Shown here one piece after another: positions 1-10,635 of a stretch of DNA of 64,000 bases; position 1 is the stretch's first letter, and every line of letters begins with the position of its first letter. The notes beneath the pieces are model-generated. The model was not told the origin of the DNA. It saw only the letters and a program-made list of their open reading frames with translations, and did not search any database. This stretch comes from Mobula hypostoma. Its lineage: Eukaryota. The position numbers were made by a program, and so were the translations under genes. The DNA lies in NCBI RefSeq assembly GCF_963921235.1, contig NC_086109.1, positions 3,722,001 through 3,786,000 on the forward strand, written 5' to 3'.

Positions 1-59
1 CACTGAGGCACGCAAGCCTCCAGACTATGACAAGACTGTGGTTCTCCAGGACGACAGCC

Positions 60-145
60 CTCTATAGATGCTGCCTGAGCTGCTGAGTTCCTCCGGCATT
101 TTGTGTGTGTTGCTTTGGATTTGCAACATCTGCAGCATTTTTGTA
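60..145 (+). mobile_element. Penelope-family 3' terminal fragment
   Basis: agatgctgcctgagctgctgagttcctccggcattttgtgtgtgttgc...catctgcag is the same tail as the Penelope-like element at 23058-23138. Confidence 0.65.
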
Positions 146-1146
146 GTGCTTAAGGAGGCCATACAGTGGTCTTAAACAGCAGAACAGAAGCTGCCTTTGA
201 GCCTGGTGGTATGTGGTTTCAAGTTGTTGCATCGTATGCTCAGTGGGAGGGGGAGAAGACTGAGGTGGGTAGGGTCATTAATTATGTCGGCTGCTTCACC
301 AGGCTGCAGGAAGAGTAAACAGAGTCCATTGGTGGGGAGGCTGGTTTTCATGATGGACAGGAGTGAGTCCACAACCCTCTGTGGCAGTCTAGCACAGAGC
401 AGCTGCCGTACCAAGCGTGATGCATCCAGGCAGGGTGCTTTCTCTGGAGCACTAATAAAAATCAAGTTGAAGTTTAATTGTCATTCAACCATACACATGT
501 ATACAGTGAGCATTCCAGGGCCAAGCTACAAAACACAGAACATACAGTCACACACAGCACGTATAGTTATAATGGCACATCCAGTCACAAAAATAATATT
601 AGCACAAGTTCCTGAGGGTCATGGCCTGAGGATTGAACTTGCAGCCTCAGCACTGCTGATACAGGTGTGCATGCCCGTCCCACTCCTGAGGTGCTGTTTG
701 GTCAGAAGACATGGAGCCCACTCAGTGGAGAGAATGGAATTACTTTTCTCTGGTCCACTTTGAAGGTCGATAATCCAACCATTGTTGGCCGGCGAATGAT
801 GGTGTCGTAGGAACTCACAGTAAAGTTCTTTGCTGAGCATTGATCACCACTCGGTACGCTACAAGCAGATACGCTGGGAGGAGTGGTCACTCTTCACACC
901 ACCCTGCTCTGTCTTTTGCCAAGGTCACAGCTGATCTCTGAGTAAACTGGACCACGCTCTTCCTTCTACCCAAAGCAGCTTTACGCCACCGTACTTGACA
1001 GTACCGTACCAGAGATTGTGAATGTGAAATCTACTCGGCTGCAGTTTTGAGGCCATTGGTGGGGTATTTTCCTGGTTGTTGGCGGGAGGTTTGTCTGCTC
1101 CTGAGGAGAATGTGCTGGTGGTCAGATATTTACTGTATATGACCTA

Positions 1147-2065
1147 TAACACAGAGCACTACAGCACATTACAGGCCCTTCGGCCCACAATGTTGTGCCA
1201 ACCTTTTAACTTACTCCCAGGTCAATCTAACCCTTCCCTCACACATAGCCCATAACCCTTCCCTCACACATAGCCCTCCATTTTTCTTTCATCCATGTGC
1301 CTATCTAAAAGCCTCTTAAATGCCCCTGATGTCTTTACCACTACCCATGACAGCTCTTACCTTACACCCGCCACACTCTGTTTGAAAAACCTAACTCCGA
1401 CATCCCCCACTGTACTTTCCCCCAATCACCTTTAAATTATGCTGCCTCGTATTAGGCATTTCCACTCTGGGAAAAAGCCTTCGACTGCCTCACTCTATCA
1501 ATCCCTCTTATCATCGTGTACACCTCTATCTAGTCACCTCTTTTGCAATAAAGAGAAAAGCCATCAGCTCGTTCAACCTATCATGAAAAGATGCGCTCGC
1601 TAATGCTAAACCTTACATCATTGAAGAAGGCAGCTCACCCCCACCTTCCCGTGGGCAGCTAGGGATGAGCAATGAGACGTTGACTCAGCCTGCACATCTC
1701 ACATTCCTTAACTGGATATATGAAACAAAGCGGGCTGAATTCTGATGACAACACATCGGGTTATAGAACACCACAGCACAGAAACAGCCCTATTACCTCA
1801 CCGAGTCCATACTGAACCATTAATCAGACTAGTCCCATCAACCTGCACCCAGAGCTCAGCCCTCTGTATCCCTCCCATCCATGTATCTACCCAAATTTCT
1901 CTTAAATGTTGAAATGGACACCACAGCCACCACTTGCACTAGCAGCTCGTTCCACACTCTCTGATGAAGAATTTCTTCCTTCTGTTCTCTTGAACAGTTC
2001 ACCTTTCACCCTTAACTCATGACCGCTAGTTATAATCTCATCCAACCTCAACTGAAAAAGCCTGC
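1147..2065 (-). mobile_element. Two degenerate CR1/HER1-type LINE 3' fragments (about 1147-1605 and 1760-2065)
   Basis: Reverse complement of the CR1 3' end (cagcaca..caggcccttcggcccaca; ttccacactc; cctttcacccttaac) seen in many other copies here. Confidence 0.7.
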
Positions 2066-2089
2066 TAGACTCTCAAAAACCATAGCTCT

Positions 2090-4015
2090 CAAAACCTAAG
2101 GTCGTCTAAATCTGTTACCCCTACCTTTTATTCTGACAGGAACATACACACTCTGTACTCTCAAAATTTCACTTTTACCAAGTGCCTCTCTGCTGGAACA
2201 CAACCCCTCCCAACCTACACTTGCCAGATCCCTTCTGATACCATCAAAACTGATACTGTGAAAATTAGTATTGCATGCTCTCTCGTTGGGACTTCTACGT
2301 ACTGATTAAGGAAACTTTCCCGGACACATTTTGGCAAATTCTATCCCATCCAGCTGTTTCACAGTCAAGATGTGAAAAGTTAAAATCACCTAGTATCACA
2401 ACCTTATGTTTCTTGAAACAGTTTGTGATTTCTCTACAAGTTTTCTCCTCCAAATTCTGTGGACTGTTGGGTGGTCTACAATATAATCCCATTAACATGG
2501 TCATACCTTTCTTATTTCTCAGTTCTACTCATAAACCCACACTAGACGAGTTCTCCAGTCTGGCCTGATGGAGCACTGCCATGATATTTTCCCTGACTTA
2601 GTAATGCCACCCTCTTCCTTTAATCCTTTCCACTCTATAGCCTGGTTTATACTTCTGCGTCAACGCATCGCCGTAAGGTCTGCGTCACCGCAAACCCTAT
2701 GCAAAGCTGACGCGGAACTCTACGCGAGAGCTTGCGTTGCTGCGATGCGCACCTCTCCCAAAATGTAACCACGCGTCACGGCAACGCGGAACGCAACAAT
2801 GGTGATTGGTCCGCTTGGTAGCATCGCATTTTATCCTACGCTGCAATAGCTTTCCATTGTGCGACTGAAGGGCAGGGAAGGAACTCTGGCTGCAATGCTT
2901 TCCATAAAGCGTTACAGACCTCCGAAATTATGGAGGACACATTTTGCATGAGAAAGGACGCTCACATCTTGTTTAGCCCGAGACTACCATGACCATGAAG
3001 CCTTGCGCGGGCAGGTGTGTGCGCATGCGCGACTTGCCCGAATTGCAGGGCGATGCAGACACACCAACGCACAAGTATAAATGCTCACAACGCGTGTAGG
3101 CCACTTGCGTAGGTTGCGGCGTTGAGTTAACGCAGAAGTATAAACCAGGCTTATCACGTCTAAAAGAATGGAACTCCAAAACATGGAACTGCCAGTCCTG
3201 CCCCTCCTGCAACCAAGACTCACTAAAGGCTACAGTCTCATAATTCTACATGCTGAACCATGCCGTGAGCTCACCTGCCTTTCCTACAATACTCCTTGCA
3301 CTGAAATTATCACTGCGCAAAACATTAGTCAGACCGTGCTCAACATTTCGATTCCTGATTTTGTATGTAGGCTTATCATTGCCTTTCTTCACAAACACTC
3401 ATATCTGTTCTGGTGTGTTGGTTCTCACCCCCCTGGTTCTAACCCCACACCTATGCAGCACTAGCAAACCTTCCCTTTTGGGTATTAGTCCCCTTGTAGT
3501 TCAGGTGCAGAGTGTCCCTTCCATACAGGTCCCTTCATCTCTGGAAGAGAGCCCAATGATCCAAAACTCTCAAGCCCTCACTCCTGCGCTGACTCCTTAG
3601 CCATGTGTTAAACTGTATAATCTTCCTATTTCTGGCCTCACTAGCACGTGGCATGGGTAGCAATCCTGAGATCACAACATTGGATGTCCTGCCCTTCAAC
3701 TTACCACCTAACTCACTTTGCGGGACCTCATCACCCATCCTACCCACAGGTGGACCACTACCTCTGGTGGCTCATCTTCACACTTAGAAATGCTGTGGAC
3801 TCGATCCGAGATGTCTTTGATCCTGGCACCCAGGAAGCAACAAGCCATCTGGGAATCTCGTTCTTGTCTACAGAATCTTCTTTCTGTTTCCCTAATTAAT
3901 GAACCCCCTATCACAAAAGCTAATTTCTCCTCCCCTCTTCCTTTCAGAGTTACAGAGCCAGACTCAGTGCCAGAGACCTAACCACTGTAGCTTTCCTCTG
4001 TTAGGACATCTCCCC
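2090..4015 (-). mobile_element. CR1-type LINE 5' portion (ORF1 SGNH-esterase remnant and ORF2 endonuclease remnant), interrupted by a MITE
   Basis: Minus-strand peptides CCFLGARIKDISDRV..EPPEVVVH and VVISGLLPMPRASEARNRKIIQFNTWL..LDHW (CR1 ORF1 esterase-like); GLYCRPPNS..VVILGDFNF (APE); many stops and frameshifts. Confidence 0.8.
2639..3151. mobile_element. Non-autonomous DNA transposon (PIF/Harbinger-like MITE)
   Basis: Perfect 22-bp TIR AGCCTGGTTTATACTTCTGCGT / ACGCAGAAGTATAAACCAGGCT, 3-bp TSD TAT on both sides, no transposase ORF, host CR1 resumes across it. Confidence 0.85.
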
Positions 4016-4764
4016 AATTTAGTTACAAAATAACTTTAAAAATAAAATGAAGACTCGAGCGTCCATAGAGGGTAATGGGTCCACATCAGGAAGTTCCCTG
4101 GACTGGCAGGGACGAATCAGGCTTAGGGCCTAATCAGGCTTAGGGGCTGTCTCACTCTGTGCTGTGTAATTCTATGCTTCAAAGACCACATCAGTTTTGG
4201 GTATGCAAAGCCTCCTGTCTGGGAGCTGGCAGGTTAAGTTTGTTCTGTCCACAGCTGGGTAAACTGTGACCAGATGTGTACTGTTCCAGACCTGGCTGCT
4301 TTGGCCTGCTGTGCCAAATCTCTGCTATCACTGCTGTTGATTCAGCTCTGGGCACCAGTTCTCTGCCAAACAGAGAATTCCTACTTCGGGGTGAGCTCTT
4401 AGCCAAGTTGGGAGTTCCTGTTTGCCAAGGGCAATGGGGGGGCAAACCCAGCTTTAAAGAAACAGAACTTCCATGACTCTGGCCTGGTAAAGAATGGAGT
4501 GTAGAGGAGAAGGGCTTCTCTGATGAAGTAGGAGCCATCTTCAGATACGTTGGATGTGATGCTTTGATTGGTCTGTTGGATGTATCCTAACTGGAACCAT
4601 TTCAGGCCAACCTCTGAGGTGGGCGAACTCCCACACTGCATCTCATAGAATCAGAATCAGGTTTAATATCATCGGCGTATGCTGTGAAGTTTGTTACTAT
4701 GTGGCAGCAGTACGTTACAGTGTTAAAAACTGTAAATTACAGTAAATACTGTATATCTGAATCG

Positions 4765-5335
4765 GAGGTTCTGTCAGTCAGAGTCGACCACGGATATTGC
4801 ACCTCTGCTGTCTAGATACGCAAGCCAAGGCAGTACGATATGGAGAGCAAGCTGTTGCCCCTGTATCAAGCTCCCCCTCTCCACACATCTGATGAACCCA
4901 AAGGAACGGAGAGACTGATACAGTTTGGTACCAGCAGCATCACAGGAGTTGCCAGTCCATATTGAACTCAGTATAGGACTGCCTCAGGGACTCCAGATTT
5001 TCTTCCTTGGGGTTTATTCCCGAAGCCTTCCCCGTGAGTGGGTGTACCTGCAAACCACGAGATCAGAGTTTTCATTCTCCTGAATGAGCTGCCAACCACG
5101 GCTGACGAGCCCCATCTGTCCAAAGCAACTGGTCTTAAGGCACCAGTAACCCGCCTTTGCCCCTTATCGTGTCGGTAGAAATGGCTTCGCTGGGCATAGT
5201 AGCTAAGCCACACGTGAAGGCCAGGAGCTGGAATTGGTTGTCAGAGGCTATCTGAGGCGCACATCACTGGGAGCATTTAATAGGTAGTGGGAGGTAGTCC
5301 CCACTACCACCACTGGCTATAATAACCTTAAGGAA
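4765..5335 (-). mobile_element. Non-autonomous retroelement with a LINE-5'UTR-like body, inserted in a Rex1-tail repeat
   Basis: Shares a ~90-nt block with the SINEs at 23184-23470 and 40877-41200; the host repeat at 4647-4760 resumes near 5337. Confidence 0.5.
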
Positions 5336-5379
5336 CCTGTAAGAATATAGACATATGTTAAAAAAATTATATTAAATAA

Positions 5380-6020
5380 GTAGTGCAATAAGAGAAAAAA
5401 ATACTGAGGTAGTGTTCATGGGTTCAATGTCCATCCAGAAATCTGATGGCAGAGGGGAAGAAGCTATTCCTGAAATGTTGAGTGTGTGCCTTCAGGCTCC
5501 TGTACCTCCTCTTTGATGGTAGCAATAAGAAGAGGGCATGTCCTGGCTGATAGGGTCCTTAGTGGTGGATGGCGCCTTCTTGAGGGATCACTCCTTGAAG
5601 ATGTCCTGGACACTGGGGAGGCTAGTGCCCATGATAGAGCTGACTGAGTTTCCAACTTTCTGCAGCTTATCCTGTGAAGTGCCCCCACCCCCCATACCAG
5701 ACAGTAATGCAGCCAGTTAGAATGTTCTGCATAGTACATCTATAGAATTTGCAAGTGTCTTTGGTGACAGGCCAAATCTCTTCAAACTCTGAAGGCTGTC
5801 ATGCCTTCTTTGTAACTGCATTGATATGTTCGACCCAGGGTAGATCCTCAGAGATGTTGACACCCAAGAACGTGAAATTGCTCACTTTTCCATTTCTGAT
5901 CCCTCTGTGAGGACTGGAGTGTGTTCCCTCATCCCACCCTTTTTGAAGCCCACAATCAGTTCTTATCTTACTGATGTTGAGTGCAAGCCTGTTGCTGCGA
6001 TACCCCTCCACCAGCTGATC
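5380..6020 (-). mobile_element. Rex1/Babar-like LINE 3' fragment
   Basis: Minus-strand peptides NRLALNISK and VSNFTFLGVNISEDLPWVEHINAVTKKA, plus the ttcaggaatagcttcttcccctctgccatcagatttctg 3' region. Confidence 0.75.
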
Positions 6021-6059
6021 TAGACATTTGTAGGATTATAAGAGGCATAGATTGCTCCA

Positions 6060-6425
6060 TAACAGGCACAAATCTCTCCGCCATTGAGGACATCTTCAGA
6101 AGGTAGTGCCTCAGAAAGGCAGCATCCATCTTTGAGGACCCTCACCACCCAGGGCCTGCCCTCTTCTCACGACTACCATCAGGCAGGAGGTACAGGAGCC
6201 TGAAAGCACATACTCAATGTTTTAGGAACAGCTTCTTCCCCTCCACCACTGGATTTCTGAATGGTCCATGAAATCATGAACACAACCCCACCATTCCTTT
6301 ATTATTTTTTCATATCTTTAAGTTGCAACTCATAGTAATTTTTGCAACCTGTACTGTACTGTTGCCACCAAAACAACAGATTTCACAACATGGGTCAGCG
6401 ATGACAAGCCTGGTCCTGATTCTGA
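6060..6425 (+). mobile_element. Rex1/Babar-like LINE 3' fragment, inverted relative to 5380-6020
   Basis: gcagcatccatc..gaggaccctcaccaccc..gtacaggagcctgaa..aggaacagcttcttccc is the reverse complement of part of 5380-5640. Confidence 0.7.
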
Positions 6426-6799
6426 GTGGACGGTCGCTACTCTTTACCCGGGATTGAAATGTCCAATGCCAGAGAGCGTACAGATACGATGAGAGCAGAG
6501 AAGTTCAAAGGAGATGCGCAGGGCAAGTGTTTCCACACAGAGAGCGGCGGGAGTGTGGAATGCACTGACAGGGGTGCAGGTGAAGGCAGATACGATCAAG
6601 AGGCTCTTAGAGAGGCACATGAATGTGCAGGAAATGGAAAGATACGGACATTATGCAGAAGGGATACACTTAGTTGGGCATTTGGTTACTAATATAATTA
6701 GTTCAGCACATTGTGGGCTGAAGGGCCTGTTCTGGTACTGTACTGTTTGTATGTTCTACACCTCATCATTCTGCCTGCCGGAGAGGTGTGGAGAACTTA

Positions 6800-8030
6800 A
6801 CCAGCAAGATAGACGCGGGAGATCCTGTGGATGTGGTGTACCTTGACTTTCAGAAGGCATTTGATAAGGTACCACATAGGAGATTTGTGGGTAAAATCAG
6901 AGCTCATGGCATTGGGGGGAGGATATTGACATGGATAGAAAACTGATTGGCAGATAGAAAGCAAAGGGTAGCAGTGAATGGGTGTTTCTCGGAATGGCAG
7001 GTGGTGACTAGTGGGGTGCCACAGGGCTCGGTATTGGGACCACAGCTGTTTACGATTTACGTCAATGATTTAGAGGAAGGCATTGTGAATAACATCAACA
7101 AGTTTGCTGACGATACTAAGCTGGGTGGCAGTGTGACATGTGATGAGGATGTTAGGAGAATTTAAGGTGACTTGCATAGGCTGGGTGAGTGGGCAGAAAC
7201 TTGGCAGATGGTGTTTAATGTGAATAGGTGTGAGGTTATTCACTTTGGGAGCAAGAACAGGAAGGCAGATTATTATCTGAATGGTGTGGAGTTAGGTAAA
7301 GGGGAAATACAAAGAGATTTAGGAGTACTTGTTCATCAGTCTCTGAAGGTGAATGAGCAAGTGCAGCAGGCAGTGAAGAAGGCTAATGGAATGTTGGCCT
7401 TTATTACAAAGGGAATTGAGTACAAGAGCAAGGAAATCCTTTTGCATTTGTACAGGGCCCTGGTGAGACCACACCTGGAGTATTGTGTGCAGTTTTGGTC
7501 TCCAGGGTTAAGGAAGGACATCCTGGCTGTGGAGGAGGTGCAGCGTAGGTTCACTGGTTAATTCCCGGGATGTCCGGACTGTCTTACGCAGAGAGGTTAG
7601 AAAGACTGGGCTTGTACACGCTGGAATTAAGGAGATTGAGGGGGGATCTGATTGAGACATATAAGATTATTAAGGGATTGGACAAGATAGAGGCAGGAAA
7701 TATGTTCCAGATGCTGGGAGAGTCCAGAACCAGAGGGCATGGTTTAAGAATAAGGGTTAGGTCATTTAGGACAGAGTTGAGGAGGAACTTCTTCTGCCAG
7801 AGAGTTGTGGAGGTGTGGAACGCGCTGCCTCAGAAGGCAGTGGAGGCCAATTCTCTGGATGCTTTCAAGAAGGAGCTAGATAGGTATCTTATGGATAGGG
7901 GAATCAAAGGTTATGGGGACAAGGCAGGAGCCGGGTATTGATAGTAGGTGATCAGCCGTGATCTCAGAATGGCGGTGCAGGCTCGAAGGGCCGAATGGTC
8001 TACTTCTGCACCTATTGTCTATTGTCTATT
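6800..8030 (+). mobile_element. CR1/HER1-type LINE, 5'-truncated, RT C-terminal half and 3' tail
   Basis: LDFQKAFDKVPH, SGVPQGSVLGPQLF, KFADDTKLGG, LVRPHLEYCVQFWSP, RRLRGDLIETYKI; few stops; ends in (ctattgt)n. Confidence 0.92.
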
Positions 8031-9344
8031 AACAAGAACTGGAGGGGGGGGGAGGGTTGCATGTCATGGCGACCAGACTGGTGGCTAGAAACGTTTCAAC
8101 CAGGTAGAGCAACGATGCTCCTGCCCAGTCCTCCCAGTCCTCCCAGCCATTCTCCAACGTGAGTGTGCCACATTAAATTTGATTCTGTATGCTTCTAAAT
8201 GCAAAAACTGCAATGTTGGATCTGGAGACAGCTCAAGAGGTGAAGCCTTCATTATTAATTTATTGAAATGAAAATAAAATTGCACGCTCAATTTAGTAAG
8301 CAGAGAAACTTCATGAGTTATTTTCCGAAGAATCCCAGTTATGTGACTAACCTGATGCATTTGTCAGTTAATATAATACAATTCTTGAATAGTGTGGTAT
8401 TATAATGTCTTCTTGCGACAATATAATTGCTTACCTCTGCAAAAGAAATATTCCCTCAGTACAAAGCGTTGCGTTCTGCAGAGCCATTACCAGCATGAAG
8501 GATTACTGCAGCAGAGCAGAGTTCTGACAGCTGGAAAATGTGACATATGACTTTATTACTGAAGTCCACCGGCCCTTTCAGTTCTGATTTGGCAGGGAAA
8601 CGTTGATCAGTTACGAGGGGCTGTATGAGTGGGACTTGCTGTAGGAAATACTCTTTAAAAGTACTTATTAAAGCCACTCGTTCTCGAAAGATGACTAAGT
8701 AAAATCTAGAAATCTCTTTGATATGCAGGAAGGCAGCAGAAGATTTGGATCCCAGGAAGAGGTTTAAAATCAGCCATGACACTTTGGGCTTCACACCAAG
8801 GCTGGTCAGGAACCCTGCCAATACTGCAATTAAAAACTAACTCTGCACTTCCTTCTAATTCCAGCTCACAATTCACATGTAAAGTGAAAACCAAAAGCAT
8901 TAAAATAATTTGACCAGTTTCTCTTGGTCTGCAAGGAGAAGAATAGATGAGTGTTTCAGAGATTTCATTAAAGGGTTAATACTACATTAATAACCTGATA
9001 TTTTCCCACAGATGCTTATACTCAGCCACACTGTTCCTTTTAAGCTGCATAAGAGCGCAGCCGCTCTGTAACTGAAACGCTCCCTCGCACATAGCCTTTG
9101 TTGCCACACAGCTGGAATAAAGACATAGGAGAAAAAGTTTATGAAACGTCAAAGATTTTCTTTGTTGTACTGTACTTCATTATACCCTTGAAATAATAAG
9201 TAAAATCAGAAGTATGAGTTGTTTCAATTTTCATTCTAAATATTCATGATATGTATATTACAAAAAAACCATTTAAAATGCCAAGCAGTTTTCAGGCCGT
9301 GTAAAAATTTCCTGCTCAGAGCAGTGGCTGCTTTTTCCCAACCA

Positions 9345-9660
9345 GGCAGGCTTTTCCCACTGAGTTCAGGGACTGTTGTAGACAGGTCATGGTTAAGGGT
9401 GAAAGGTGAAAAGTTTAAGGGGAACATGAGGGGAAGCTTCGTCACTCAGAGGGTAGTGAGAGTGTGGAACAAGCTGCCAGTTCAAGTGGTGTACATGAGC
9501 TCGGTTTCAATGTTTAAGAGAAGTTTGGAGAGGTACGTGGATGGAAGGGGTATGGAGGGCTTTGGTACAGGTGTAGGTCGATAGGACTCTGCAGTTTAAG
9601 TAGATCGGCACAGACTAGATGGGCTGAATAGCCTGTCTGTGCTGTACTTTTCTGAGACTC
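9345..9660 (+). mobile_element. CR1 3' fragment
   Basis: LRVKGEKFKGNMRGSFVTQRVVRVWNKLP and CR1 3' UTR. Confidence 0.75.
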
Positions 9661-9965
9661 TGTTTAGGCCCAGTGATAATGAAGGATGATGATACAATCC
9701 TGGATAGAATGGTGTGTGAGGAACCTGCAGCCACCACAGTGATGAAGGACTGCGCTTTGGGAGGTCTCGTCACTGGCATCAACTCATCTATTTTGGTTTA
9801 AATCCCACACACTGTACTCCGTAGCTCAGCACTGATTATTACAGAGATGATGGCATAGCAAGTCTGCACATTGTCTGGTCCTAAGAAGTTCTCTTCCAGG
9901 TAGGAGAAGCTGCGATGGAGATGATCTTTACTACACGGCAAGATTTGAAAAGGAAATGCAAAGAG

Positions 9966-10366
9966 CAGCACCTGTACTGTGCAGGTCAGCACGGAGGCAA
10001 GGGGGTCAGTGTAACGCACTACAGCACCTGTACCGTGCGGGTCAGCACGGAGGCAAAGGGGTCAGTGTAACGCACTACAGCACCTGTACCGTGCGGGTCA
10101 GCACGGAGGCAAAGGGGTCAGTGTAACGCACTACAGCACCTGTACCGTGCGGGTCAGCACGGAGGCAAAGGGGTCAGTGTAACGCACTACAGCACCTGTA
10201 CCGTGCGGGTCAGCACGGAGGCAAAGGGGTCAGTGTAACGCACTACAGCACCTGTACCGTGCAGGTCAGCACGGAGGCAAAGGGGTCAGTGTAACGCACT
10301 ACAGCACCTGTACCGTGCAGGTCAGCACGGAGGCAAAGGGGTCAGTGTAACGCACTACAGCACCTG
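9966..10366 (+). repeat. 56-bp minisatellite, 7 copies plus 9 bp, containing the head of a tRNA-derived SINE
   Basis: Unit cagcacctgtaccgtgcgggtcagcacggaggcaaaggggtcagtgtaacgcacta starts at 9966, 10022, 10078, 10134, 10190, 10246, 10302. Confidence 0.95.
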
Positions 10367-10635
10367 CAATCAGGGTTCAGTTCCTGCTGCTGTCAGTAAG
10401 GAGTTTGTACGTTCACTCCGTGACCACATGGGTTTCCTCTGGATGCCCCGGTTTCCTCCTACAGTCCGAAGACGCAGGGTTAGGCTTAGTGAGTTGTGGC
10501 CATGCTATGTGGTGTCAGAAGCATGGTGCCACTTGTGGTTTGCCCTCGAGACGTCCTCAGAATGTGTTGGTCATTGACACAAAGGGACACGTTTCTCTAC
10601 ATGTTCTGATGTGCACATGGGAAATAAAACTGACC
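10323..10635 (+). mobile_element. tRNA-derived V-SINE (HE1-like head and V domain)
   Basis: B-box-like gggttcagttcc and V domain ggagtttgtacgttcactccgtgaccacatgggtttcctctggatgccccggtttcctcc; ends at aataaa. Confidence 0.75.

Noticed and set aside
4886..4925. CTGATGA as a hammerhead core
   Set aside because: No GAAA box with a closing stem follows, and the homologous segment in the SINE copies lacks the motif.
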